Shown here in pieces: positions 1 through 12,299 of a stretch of DNA of 64,000 nucleotides. This DNA comes from Negaprion brevirostris (taxonomy: Eukaryota). Every line of letters starts with the position of its first letter. Position 1 is the first letter of the stretch. The position numbers and the translations under genes are program-made. The DNA is taken from positions 52,158,461 through 52,222,460 of the forward strand of contig JARDVH010000073.1 in NCBI GenBank assembly GCA_030324005.1, written 5' to 3'. The notes under the pieces are model-generated. The model was not told the origin of the DNA and did no database searches. It worked only from the letters and a program-made list of their open reading frames with translations.

Positions 1-460
1 CCATTCATAGAGAAGGAAACGAGAGAGTACAGAATGGATGTAGAGAAAGATCAACATAATGCATGTTAAGTACATTCAAAAGTCTGACAGCAGCAGGGAA
101 GAAGCTGTTCTTGAGTCAGTTGGTATGTGACCTCAAACTTTTGTATGTTTTTCCCAAAGGAAGAAGGTGGAATAGAGTATGTCTGGGGTGAGTGGGGTCC
201 TTAATTATGCTGGCTGCTTGGCCGAGGCAGCGGGAAAGGTAGACAGAGTCAATGGATGGGAGGCTAGTTTGCACAATGGATTAAGCTACAATCATGATCT
301 TTTGTGGCTCCTTGTGGTCTTGGGCAGAGCAGGAGCCATACCAAGCTGTGATACGACCAGAAAGAATGCTTTCTATAGTGCATCTGTAAAAGTTGGTGAG
401 AGTTGTAGCTGACATGCAAAATTTCCTTAGTCTTCTGAGAAAGTAGAGGCATTTATGGCA
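1..460 (-). mobile_element. Rex1/Babar-clade LINE, 3' fragment
   Basis: Highly similar to 46740-47270; the minus strand encodes a degenerate 'TNFYRCTIESILSGRITAWYG' C-terminal motif. Confidence 0.75.
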
Positions 461-2229
461 TTATGGTCTACATAATGTGATTGACTCAAAAATGGCATCT
501 GAAATGCACTTAGTTCAAGGGCAATTGGGGATGCGTAATAAACACTGGCCCAGCCCAGCAATGTCCACATCCCATGAGCTAAGAAAATCTTTTGTGATGC
601 ATTGCCAAAGGGGTCCATGTAATAAAATAATACAGCCACTGGCTCAACTGTTCCACTCAGAGTAGCTGATCATCTCCACTCTACTCTCACAAGGTCTATA
701 TTTTTGGTCGCTGAAGTTTGATTGTTAGTTAGGAGTTGGATGGTTCTTGGTCATTGCGTCCAATTCCGGAAAAGGAATTTCTTGCACAATATGTTCCAGC
801 CATTTATAAACTCCATAAACTGTTTCAGCTGCATATTTTGCACAAAATATCCTTCAAACGTGACCAATATTGCAAACCAGCACAAATCCAATTTCCGATC
901 AATTATCAGATGTGTTGTTAGCCAGCATTTCAAATTTGGCACAAAGTACCTCAACTAATGCAGAATAGGGAAAGATGATTTTTGATTAAGAGAAATACAT
1001 GAGATGTTAAACGGCTCACAAAACAAACAGTCAACCAAAAGAAAACTGGGAAAAATGCACGCACACAGCTGTTTATGAGCGTGATCTGTAAATCTTGGAC
1101 AGCAATATAAATATTGCTTAATCCAATTCTAAATATATAGATCAGATGTTATCAAGCACTTGCTGAAAGTAGATCTTTGCCAAGCCAATATCTTCCTTTC
1201 CTGATGCAAATATGTTTGGGTGCCAACATCCACATTAACAAAATATTTCTGAACTTTATGCAAAACTCCCCTGAAATGCTAAGTTATTTGGCTTCCTGGG
1301 ATAACATCTGCAGGAAGTTGGATTTATGCACCCCCCATTTATCATCAGGAGTCTCTGGACCCACGTTTAGAATTGAGCTTATCCTGGGAGAGGGAGAGAT
1401 GTAAGGCTAGAGGAAATGGAAGAAAAAGCTGAGTTGATGAGGTAGTTTTCACAAATTGGGAAGGTGGGAGGGAGTTTTTCTTTCACATTTTCAAGACACG
1501 CTAAAGTACATCACAGGCAATTAATGACTTGATTTAGTCAATTGAATTAGTGACTTATTGGTGTTTGTAGGCCTATATGGGAGTCAATTTGAGCATAACA
1601 AGGTCACACAATGAAGGAAATAACCAAATAGTTTGTCTTTATTAGGAGTCAGTCAAGAGATAAACATTGGTCGAGCCACCAGAAGAAACCCCCATCCTTC
1701 TTTGAATAGGATGGTAGGGGGTTCTTAAAAAAATCCCATGTTGGAGGAGAAAAATTCAAATGGTATTAGATGATCACAAATTGCTCACTTTTATCTCCTT
1801 TCTCATTTCAAGTGGACTATGAGCATTCCAAGTGCAGTTATGTCAAACCTTTACACCTAGGGGAATTATAGTTTAAAAATTGGCTGGCTTCAAATTCTCA
1901 GGTCTCTTCTTTCTTACAATGGTTATGAAAATATTAATCAGTGGGATGAATAAAGGCAATGTAGGTTACATAATTATATGGGAAAGATCTCTGAATCAAT
2001 GGTGTTCAAGCTTCTTTATTTGGGGGAACCTCCTGCAATAATAACACATTCCAAGCTTGTTGTAGCTTCCAGTAAACTGGTTAGCAATCCTCAAGATCAA
2101 TAGTTCTCACGTTCCAAAATATATTTTTCCACATATACAACCATAGGAAAAAAATCAGCTTTTGTCAGTAGATATTGTGTTAGCTGACAGTACAAAATCT
2201 GATTACTGTTGGAATCCTCATCGGGTCAT

Positions 2230-2475
2230 TATTGTTACTAGAGAGGCGGTGCTCGACAGACTGGAGGGACTGATTGTGGACAAGTCCCCAGGACCGGATG
2301 GAANNNNNNNNNNNNNNNNNNNNNNNNNNNNNNNNNNNNNNNNNNNNNNNNNNNNNNNNNNNNNNNNNNNNNNNNNNNNNNNNNNNNNNNNNNNNNNNNN
2401 NNNATGGCGGGGCAGGCTCGAAGGGCTAGATGGCCTACTCCTGCTCCTATTTCTTATGTTCTTATGTTCTTATGA
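2230..2475 (+). mobile_element. CR1 (HER1-like) LINE collapsed across a gap
   Basis: 'DKSPGPDG' ORF2 motif before the N gap; CR1 3' tail ggcctactcctgctcctatttcttatgttcttatg after it. Confidence 0.75.
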
Positions 2476-3389
2476 ACTGTAGAAATGCAAATCTTTCACT
2501 TGCAGGTGCTGTCCATAACCTTGGGAAGTGACCACAGTAGAACCTGCATATATCTATTTGTAAACTAATTCTTTCAAATCCAGCTTTCACAAGTTAATTA
2601 CAACTTATTCTTAACACACAAGTGGGTGTCTGCTATAACCACTTCAAGTCATTCTTCTTTGATTAATTTCACATTCTAAATGTAACTGATGTTAGGAGCA
2701 AGGTTATTTCAAAATTGAAGCTGTTAATTAGAATTGCAAAATAAAACGAACAGGAAAGAAATCTGCTGAGATAAAATGCTAGAAGAAAATGAAGTCCAAC
2801 TCTTTTCCTTCAGGTTCCTTCAATTCCTATCAAAGAATTCATTATATCCAGGCACCATCCTGCTCATGACGCAAGAGCAGTTCCAGCAAATACGCAACAA
2901 CTGCCCGGACAAAATTTGCAATCACGTCATTAGTACAAAGTAATGTTCATGACTAACCCATTCTACTTGGAGGTGGTGCACACATACTTAAAATAGAAAA
3001 ATCATCCAATGAGTGGGTCGAGAATATCATCAAAATTACAAATTTAGCACAACTGCCTCTGAAAGCAATCCTTAGGCACTCAGCAAAATTAAGTCACGGA
3101 AAATGATAATTATATAGGGCTTAGCTGTGGCATGCGCAGACCTGCATCCAAATAGATTTTAAATTGATGCAAAACTTGGGGTCAGTTAACTGTCAACAGG
3201 CACAGAATTGCAGAGCACAGATGCCAAAAGATTGTGTTTTCTTTGCACAAATGCCTCAATAAAACTACTGAGAGAAAGCCAGATAGACTGCTCAGCAGAA
3301 GATTAGAGAGTTGGCTAGCGGTTTTCTTCATTCTTCGCAGAATTTGGCTGTAAATGGTAAGGCCAACATTCATTGCCTAATAAAAACAA

Positions 3390-3545
3390 ATTACTGCAGA
3401 TGCTGGAATCTGAAACCAAAAGAGAAAATGCTGAAAATCTCAGCAGGTCTGACAGCATCTGTAAGGAGAGAATAGAGCAGATGTTTTGAGTCCGGATGAC
3501 CTTTTGTGCTGTCAAGCCTGCTGAGATTTTCCAGCATTTTTTCAT
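3390..3545. mobile_element. Penelope-derived inverted-repeat remnant
   Basis: aaaatgctgaaaatctcagcaggtctgacagca ... tgctgtcaagcctgctgagattttccagcatttt forms an imperfect hairpin; same family as the termini at 38665-40030. Confidence 0.6.
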
Positions 3546-3591
3546 TTATTGCCTAATTCCCAGTTGCCCTTGGGAAGATAAAGTTGAGCCA

Positions 3592-3853
3592 CCATAGAAT
3601 CCCTACAGTGCAGATGGAGGCAATTCAGCCCATCGAGTCTGTGCCACCCCTCTGGAACCTTTACCCAGGTACAACTCCGCCCTATCTCTGTAACCCCACA
3701 CATTTACCCCACTCATCCACCTAACTTACAAATACAAAGGGGCAATTAAGCATGGTCAATGCACATCTTTGGACTGTGGTAGGAAATCAGAGCACCCCGA
3801 AGAAACTCAGACAGATATATGGAGAACATGCAAACTCTGTACAGACAATCACC
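3592..3853 (-). mobile_element. HE1-like tRNA-derived SINE
   Basis: CR1-type 3' tail (catagaatccctacagtgcag) and conserved body; the head is lost in the gap. Confidence 0.7.
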
Positions 3854-3984
3854 NNNNNNNNNNNNNNNNNNNNNNNNNNNNNNNNNNNNNNNNNNNNNNN
3901 NNNNNNNNNNNNNNNNNNNNNNNNNNNNNNNNNNNNNNNNNNNNNNNNNNNNNNNNNNNNNNNNNNNNNNNNNNNNNNNNNNNN

Positions 3985-6680
3985 NTAGGATTTTGACCCA
4001 GTGATAGCAAATGAATAGCAATATATTTCTATGTCAGGATGGTGAGTGGCTTGGAGGGAGATGTACAAGTGTTGGTGTCCTCTTGTGTCTACTGCTGTTG
4101 TCCTTTGAGCAGTAGAGGTCAGAATACTTGAAAGTGTTGTTGAAGGAGCTTTGGTGAATTGTTGCAGTTTTGCTTGCACTAATGGTTCAATGAATTAGGA
4201 ATTTAAGTTGGAACAGTTTTCCATGGTGAAGAGAAGGCAGAAGAAATTTGGTAGAGGCATTGTGAGGCGACTCACTGAAAGGATCGAAAATCAGGGGGCA
4301 CAGATTTAAAGTTTGGCAAAAACTGTTGAAGCCATCGGAGTAAAACCTTTTTTTACATAGCAAGTGGTCTGGAATGCATTACCCCAGAGTGTGATGGAGG
4401 TTCAAATCAAGGCATTCAGAAAGGAATTGGACTGTTATTCAAAAGAAAGTGCAAGGGTTCCTGAGAGAAGGCAGGAGAATGGCACCAGTTGAATTGGTCA
4501 GAGAATCTGTGCAGACATTATGGGCCTCCTCCTACCCTATAAGCTTGTGGATGATGCACATTGCTGCCATTGTGCATCAGTGATGGAGGAAATGAATATT
4601 TTTGGTAATGACTGGGGTGTCAATCAAGTGAGCTGCTTTTACCTGGAGAGAGNNNNNNNNNNNNNNNNNNNNNNNNNNNNNNNNNNNNNNNNNNNNNNNN
4701 NNNNNNNNNNNNNNNNNNNNNNNNNNNNNNNNNNNNNNNNNNNNNNNNNNNNGGGTGTCAATCAAGTGAGCTGCTTTGACCTGGAGAGAGTGCTGTTGGA
4801 GGTGCATTCATCCAGGCAATTGAAAAGTATTCCATCACACTCAGACGAGTGCCTTGTACATGGTGGATAGGCTTTGGGGAGTCAGGGTGTGTGTTACTTT
4901 CTACAGAATTTCCAGCCTCTGTTCTGCTCTTGTAGCTACAGTGTTGATATGGCTAGTCCATTGTGACTACCCCAAGGGTGTTATAATCCCAGTGGATATT
5001 ATATGGGACATTCAGGTCCCAGAATGGAACCTCAGCTCAGTAGACTAACTTTTTTTTTGTTCAGCAACATAGATGAACAGAGTCTCAAGACAAACAATTA
5101 ACTTTTAACAAAAGAATAAAACATGAAAAGATTGACTAAAACACAATACTCCTTCATGCCACCTACATCTTCACAGATTTTCAAGAATAACACAAGTTAC
5201 AAAATATATGTTATACTGTAATGTTCTCAGTAGGTACACAATCCATGTCAATCAAAAAGCAAATTGTGATCAGACACACCACACTCTGAAAGCAAATAGA
5301 AGATGCCACTCGAAGCATCGGGATTTCTCATCAAGTCTTCGAGATGCCAATCACACTGAGCTAACTGATCTGAATGGATTTTGACTCCTATCCAAGTGTT
5401 TTCAAACTCCACCTGCAAAAAAAACACACGCTTTACAGTCTTCTTTCAAACAACACTCGGTCTCAGATGCCTTCACAAGGAACAACTTCTAGGATTTTGA
5501 GATCTCGTAGGTGTTCCTCTGCCTTGGATTATCACATGTAATCAAGCTCTCTCTCACTCTGTCAGGTGTCCAACCAAACCAACAGAATACTGCTGCTTCG
5601 GAGGCTGTATTACAATTTCACCAACCTTAATATTACCTTAGGCGCATGGCTTCTTGCTAACCAGCTTCTCCAGATCTGCACCTTTCAGCTCTATCTTTAA
5701 GTGGGAATCTCTCTCTGCTCCTCCCTTTAACTTCAGTGAATTGTACCTTGCTGTGATTCCAGTTCTTTGTTCCTTTGACTTCAGACCTCATGGGACTTCT
5801 CTTTTCATCTCTTGGTTCCTAGAATTATCTGTTCTTCACCTTTTGGGACTTGCTTCTTTCCCCTTATTCCATTGTCTTCCACCTTTGCTGTCAGTTTCAG
5901 TGAGAGCCATTTGCTTCTCAAGCACTTGGTTGCAACTAAACCACAAGTGCTTTGTATTTCAGTGTGGGCTCCTGGTTCCTAAGCAACAGTCCAATCTTCC
6001 TTTAAACCCTATTTGCTTTCATGTCAGAAAGTCTTTAATAACAAGTTCAATTTGAAATGAAACCAAAACAGACATGTAGACACCTGTGTTTAACATTAAG
6101 CTAACTAAGTTTTAATCCTTTTTTACATAGAAGAACAAAATGTAAAATAAACTTACTTAATGCTTCTCTTACTTTTAATACTGACAAATACAGATAAAAC
6201 TATTTTTATATGTTTATAATGGGGGGATTCAGCAATGATAATGCCATTGAATGCTAAGGGGAGATGATTAGATTTTCTTTTTGGAGGTGGTCATTACCTG
6301 GCACTTGTGTGTACAAATATTATTTGCCACTTGACAGCCCAAATCAGAATGTAATCCAGGTCTTTCTGCGAACGGACATGGACTGCTTCAGTGCCTGAGT
6401 GGTCATGAATGGTGCTGAGCATTATGCAAACATCAGTGAACACCCCCACTTCTGACCTTATGATGGAGGAAAGGCCATCAATGAAGCAATTAAAGGTTGG
6501 GCCTAGGATACTGCCCTGAAATCCTTCTGCAGTAATATTTTGAAACTGAGACAATGGATCTCAAACAACCAAGTGCACCTTTCTTTGTGCCAAGTATGAC
6601 TCCAGCCTGTGGAGAATCTTTCTCCTTAGTTCCATTGACTCCAGTTTTGCTGGGGCCCTTTTCTGCTGCACCCAGTCAAA
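3985..6680 (-). mobile_element. Fragmented L2 LINE with nested CR1 piece (~4200-4540) and LTR-like insert (4981-6220)
   Basis: ORF 6294..6554 (QGSILGPTFNCFIDGLSSIIRSEVGVFTD) is an L2 RT. The L2 3' region continues at 4540-4980 and 3985-4170. Confidence 0.7.
4981..6220. mobile_element. ~1.24-kb solo-LTR-like insertion within L2
   Basis: Interrupts otherwise contiguous L2 sequence and is bounded by ttataat at both 4981-4987 and 6214-6220. No coding content recognised. Confidence 0.5.
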
Positions 6681-8249
6681 TACTGTGGTGCTGCCTTACA
6701 GTGCCAGGAATCTGGGTTTAATTCCACCCTTGAGTGACTGTGTGGGGAATTTGCATGTTCTTCTCATGTCACTGGTGGCTTGGCCTTAACCAACCAGTTC
6801 AACACAAAAAGGCTGATGCACTTGAGGCTGAAATAACAGAAGCAAGAGGAGGAAGTGGTTGATATTACTAGAGAAGATTATTGACACAAAGATTCAAGGC
6901 CATGGAAGAAAACAGTGGGCACCAGTGCAACTTGGATCTCCCTGCTCCACAATGGAACATACAAGTACATTGGAGAAGGCATTTGTGCAAAGTTTCCTAC
7001 CCCATTCTAAACCTCCTTCTACATTGCAGCCCAAGACTTGGTGCTTCCAACACCTTCCTAACCAAATTTTCAGCTCAACTGCTGTCCATGACTAATTATT
7101 TCAGTACTTTACCCTCAGATATACACGACTGATATTTAGAGAAACCTGTTTTCATGTGATTTTGTCATACAAATGAAAGCACTGAATGTCTCCCCAATCC
7201 CAAAGTAGTGCCATCAAAAACGAACACCAGGAGCACTGAAAATGACCTCTAACATGTGAGAAGCCTTGAAAGTAGTGGGTCGCCCAGATTTTGTAATCAT
7301 CACCATGATTCATCAACTTCCTTTTTAAGTGGTCAGCCAATGATGAGATTATTTCCTTTGATTCCACAACAAAAATCAAAATGGTCTCTTAAATTCAAGT
7401 CCCAAACCTCAGTAAAGAGAGGACAACAACTTATTTTCAAATTGGAAAGGTGATAAAATGTCAATAATTCCTTTGTAAAATCTAGAATCTAAGTTAGTCA
7501 GCATATGATCTATGTTCATTACACATGATGATAAAATGGTGACTTCTGCCTCAGCCAAACAATTAAATTCAAATGTGGCTATGACTCAAACTTTGCCTGA
7601 AATTGTTCTGAAGCATTAGTTGCTGGTTGACCTGATACATAACTGACTTTAAAAATTGCCACTTTGCAATTTCCTCCTCACCTTAAGTGGAGCGTTATTC
7701 TTGTTTGTGACATTTTGCAGCCAGTATTCCTCTCATCTCTGGACTTGAATATCATGGTGGAACACTACAGGTAAGTTCATCTGACATGCCCATTCAGGTT
7801 TTAAACACTCTCCACACATTCCATAGCTTCATTTAGCCTAAATGGGAAGCGATTTCTCCTTTCTAGGCGGTTTTCAAAGAGTTAGGGAATTCACCAGTTT
7901 CCTGACCTACAATATATCACTCAATCAATGTCACTAGAACAGGTTATCACATTACTTGTGGAATCTTGCTGTACTCAAAATAACAACTGGAGCCTCCCTA
8001 TATTACAACAGTGGCCACTCTTCAAAATTATTTCATTGGCTATAATGTGCTTGGGAGTATCAGGAAGATAAGACGGGAACAAAATGAATTCAAGTTCATT
8101 GTTCCAGAGAGAACAAATAGCAACAGAAATCTTTACACCGTTTTTTACCTTGTCTATTCTTTCCGCTGGAAGAAAATAATAAATGGTTTATATTATTCCT
8201 TATTGTGATGATACAAGTAAATTTCTGACATTAACTTGGGTTCTCTACT

Positions 8250-8640
8250 TTTTATTTATTCTTTCATGGGATGTCACTGGCAAAAACCAGCATTTGTTGC
8301 CTATTCCCAATTGCCCTTTGACCTGAGTGGCTAGATGGGCCATTTCAGAGGGCATTAAAGAGGCAACCACATTGCTGTGGGTCTGGAGTCACATATAGGC
8401 CAGACCAGGTAAGGGCAATAGATTTCCTTCCCTAAAGGACGTTCATCAATGAAATGTGTTTTTATGATAATCGATGATAGTTCTATGGTCAACATTAGCG
8501 AGACTAGTTTTACATCCCAGATTTATTAATTGAAGTTAAATTTCACCAATTTCCCTAGTGAGATTTGAACCCATGTCCCCAGAGCAATCTCCTGTGCCTC
8601 TGGATTACTAAACCAATGACCATCACCACTATCACTCCAC
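8250..8640 (-). mobile_element. tRNA-derived SINE with L2-type 3' tail
   Basis: Same family as 9640-10175, 15650-16000 and 63795-64000 (ggtctggagtcacat..ggccagaccaggtaagg core). Confidence 0.7.
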
Positions 8641-9639
8641 AATTTAGGTTCAAAATGAAACTTTTACAAGTGGATATCACAACCCCACTATGCCTTTATC
8701 TCCCACTATCCAAGTAAACATAGCAGGATCCGAATGTTGAACAGAGAATATTCGTCACTGTTCTCTATTCACGTCACCAAGTGACCTCCATGTTTTTTGA
8801 CAGGTCAGTGAACTGACATGCCACCCAGCATGGACACTGATTATATAAGCAAACACACACATGCATTTAACTCTTCACAAGTAGATGACTCATATTCTTT
8901 AAAAGTAAAACATTTAAAGGTTTACAACCAGTACCAGTCTCCTTGAAATATCAGTAAGGCAAAGACCAGCATTTCAGTGATATTGTTATTTCAGACATGG
9001 CCACTCATGCCTCAACAAACCAAGTCATCCATCACAGAGTGTGATCCCACTGTCTCCTTCTGTTGAATTTAACTCTCTAACTGAATTGATTATTCTAAGG
9101 AGCCAAATATAAACTTTCACCGTAAAACTCAATAAGAGGCAATAATCAACCTACCCTCTTACAGAACCAATCCATGTCTTCAGCTAGACACAGCTTTCAA
9201 TCATGGATGTCAGTTACCTCAGGATATTTGTTTCAAGCATTTTATGATTATTGCAAAAATGAACACTTTGGTTTGTTACCCATTGAGGATGCTGCTCAAT
9301 AATTAACAGTAATAATGTGGCAATAGATGGTTAAAATATATTAGATTTTTAAAGACTCTATAATATAACTTCAGCAGAGTACGGACCGTACCCAACCATC
9401 CCACGTTTGCAAAACCCAATACAAGACATTTCCTTTTAAGTGTGATTATGCAATTGGGAAGCACTTGCTGAACAATCCTGGGAGTGCTAATAACTACATT
9501 AACAGCCAATTTAAGATAATTAGTCAAATTCGTAATGTGGCTTGTTTACACTTGCTAGAAGTAACAATTCATATACAGGGACTTGCAAGCAAAGAGAACA
9601 TGTTCAAGTCTTGTGCCTTTTGTGAACTACCTGGTAGGT

Positions 9640-10175
9640 CTTTTTTTAATTCATTCATGGGGCATGCGTGTCGCTGGTTGGTCAGCATTTATTGACCGGC
9701 ACTAGTAGTCCTTGGACGGCAGTTGACAGTCAAACCATATTGCTTTTCTGGAGTCACACGTAAGCCAGGCAAGGACAGCAGATTTCCTTCCCTTAATGAC
9801 ATTAGTGAACCAGATAGCTTTTTCCAACAATTGACAATATGTTATCAGTAGANNNNNNNNNNNNNNNNNNNNNNNNNNNNNNNNNNNNNNNNNNNNNNNN
9901 NNNNNNNNNNNNNNNNNNNNNNNNNNNNNNNNNNNNNNNNNNNNNNNNNNNNAGGCAAGGACAGCAGATTTCCTTCCCTTAATGACATTAGTGAACCAGA
10001 TAGGTTTTTCCAACAATTGACAATATGTTATCAGTAGATTCTCAATTCCAGATATATTTATTGAATTTAAATTCCACCAGCTACTGTGGTGGGATTCAAA
10101 CCTGGGTCCCCAGAACATTAGACGAGTTTCTGCATTAATAGTCTAGTGATGATAACAAAAGGCCATCACTTCCCC
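9640..10175 (-). mobile_element. tRNA-derived SINE with L2-type 3' tail
   Basis: Family core motif and B-box-like ggtttgaatccc on the minus strand; contains a duplication artefact flanking a gap. Confidence 0.7.
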
Positions 10176-11474
10176 TATATTTGCCCCATTGCTTCCTCCC
10201 TGGCAATATCTCAGTTAGTCAGATTCTGCCTGCCAATCAATCTCCTATAGTTGTTGTGTTTGCTTGAAATTTGGCCTAATGAGTTCGAGATAAAAAGATT
10301 CAGCAACTGTCTTTTGTCAGCAATATTAAGTGCCCTTTACTTCAATAAGCATCAGTCCCCTAACATATTAACACATTTTCTTAGCAAATAGTGGTGAATA
10401 TTCCTATAGGTTGTAGAACTGGCTTGAAGAAGCCAATATAACCTTATGCATGTGCTGAGATCAGTGAAAAGACTGCAGATAATGTAACAAATTAAAAAAT
10501 GCTTCCCCTTTTTTCCAATGAGTTATACCCCTTTCCTCAGTCCACAAACCCTTCATCTAATGTCGGAAGACTTCAGCTGGACTCACTGATTTGAAAAGGA
10601 CAGGTTGATCAATACATTCAAAAAAATGATCATGAACCATCACATTTAACTAGCAGTCTGCCTGAATCAAAATGCAACTTGCCAAACACATGGAAATACA
10701 TTAATGTGAAATTTATTTCAATTAGATAGCCTGGCCTCATTCTCCAACACCCATAACAATTGTACCAAATCAAACAGCATTTCTGAAAGTCAAACTCTTT
10801 CATTGCAAAACAGACAAAGCAATTCTTGGCTAAATATCAGACTAAAACGTTTCATTTCTCCTGAAGACAAGTTCGCCTTATCCAAATTCATTCACATTAT
10901 ATCCATCAGTTCCCTGGGTTTGCTTTTTTCAAAAAAAATCAGCTTGGGATTTTCGTCTATTGAGCTGAGACAAGACCAAATGTGAGAGTTTGTGATTTTT
11001 TCTCCCACCATCACCTGATCAGATATTTAAAATACCAATTGAGAGACTTCTTAAACAGAAATTCTCAAACCACAACCTCCAAAACTCAGAAGAACAAGGG
11101 CAGCTGCAGCATGGGAGCACCATCACCTCCAAATGGCCCAAGTAGACATGTGCATATATTGCCAACTGCTTATTGTTACTGGATCAAAATCTTCTTCATC
11201 ACCTTCTCAGGTTAGCTTAGGATGGGCAATAAATATCAGAGACCCACATCCCAAGAATCACTAAAGTGAAAAATACGTAGAAAGCTATGACTCCAAGTAA
11301 AGTCAAACATTGACCCAACCTAAAGTATTTAGCACATTCTCTTTCCAATTTCTAAACAAAATGTACTTTGAATAGAAAGTAAACCATTTGCTTGAGCATG
11401 TTTTATTCCTACAAATTATGTCAAGGCAATCTCCACATCAAGAGTACCACATCCAGACGTGATCCAAATGTTAT

Positions 11475-11780
11475 CATAGAATCTATACAGTGCAGAAGGA
11501 GGCCATTCAGCCCATTGAGCCTGCACTAGCAACAATCCTACCTAGACCCTCTTCCCGTAAACCCATGTATTTACCCTGCTAATCCTCTGATACTAAGAGG
11601 CAATTTAGCATGGCCAATCCACCTAACCTACACATCTCTGGAGCGTGGGAGGAAACCAGATCACCCAGAGGAAACACAGGCAGACATGGGGAGAATGTGT
11701 AAACTCCACAGTCACCCAAGGCCAGAATTGAACCCGATCCCTTGCACTGTGAGGCAGCAGTGCTAACCACTGTGCCGCCC
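11475..11780 (-). mobile_element. Full-length HE1-like SINE
   Basis: Minus strand starts gggcggcacagtggttagcactgctgcctcacag (A/B boxes) and ends in a CR1-like tail ...cactgtatagattctatg. Confidence 0.8.
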
Positions 11781-11956
11781 TATAACACAGCTTCACAACC
11801 AAAGTGAATATGAACTCATCAAAGTACTATTCAAAAGGAATTATTTAAGATTAAAATAAAAATGTTAATACAAATATGTATCGGCATCTATTAATTTACA
11901 TATTATTAATATAATGCAATATACTTATACTGTAACTTCTCTTTCTTGATTTCAAG

Positions 11957-12111
11957 GGTCATCATTCATCATCATAATGCTTCTTGCAAGCTTCAACAGT
12001 TGCACAAACCCATGGATGTACCTGGCCTTCTATGAAAATCTGTGCCCATGGGAAAATCCAGAGACCTTAGCCTGGATTGTGTGGTTGGCAATGGATGAGT
12101 GGTGCTCATAG
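11957..12111 (+). CDS. Terminal coding exon (TM7 + C-tail) of a vasopressin/vasotocin/oxytocin-family receptor, most similar to V2-type; may be degenerate
   Basis: Acceptor ...cttctctttcttgatttcaag| is followed by phase-1 GG, then SSFIIIMLLASFNSCTNPWMYLAFYENLCPWENPETLAWIVWLAMDEWCS* (TAG at 12109-12111). This matches the family TM7 signature (human AVPR2 [47 protein letters not shown]) and the conserved intron just before TM7. No TM1-6 exon was recognised in the window. Confidence 0.88.
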
Positions 12112-12299
12112 TTCAGTTTATCTATGTTCTGCCTGTCAACTGTTGCACTAGAATTTGCGCAGAGAGCCAAAGCAACATGGCAGCTTCTAGTTGGGATACT
12201 GGAACTGCCTGAATAAGGCAAGCAACAGTGTTTGTCTTTCAGTCATCAGGCTGAAGAATCCTTAATGAGATAGGCAAGCTTCAAATTTCAGCCCCGTAG

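Noticed and set aside
4613-4790. ~38-bp direct repeat flanking a 100-N gap
   Set aside because: Same assembly-overlap artefact (one mismatch), inside an L2.
9767-10038. ~85-bp direct repeat on either side of a 100-N gap
   Set aside because: The copies differ by one base and flank a fixed-size gap, as expected for unmerged overlapping contig ends (likely a heterozygous site). Not a real tandem repeat.
11700-11780. tRNA-like A/B-box sequences (also at 14920, 15650, 20735, 59821 and 60783)
   Set aside because: They are SINE heads continuing into SINE bodies, not tRNA genes.
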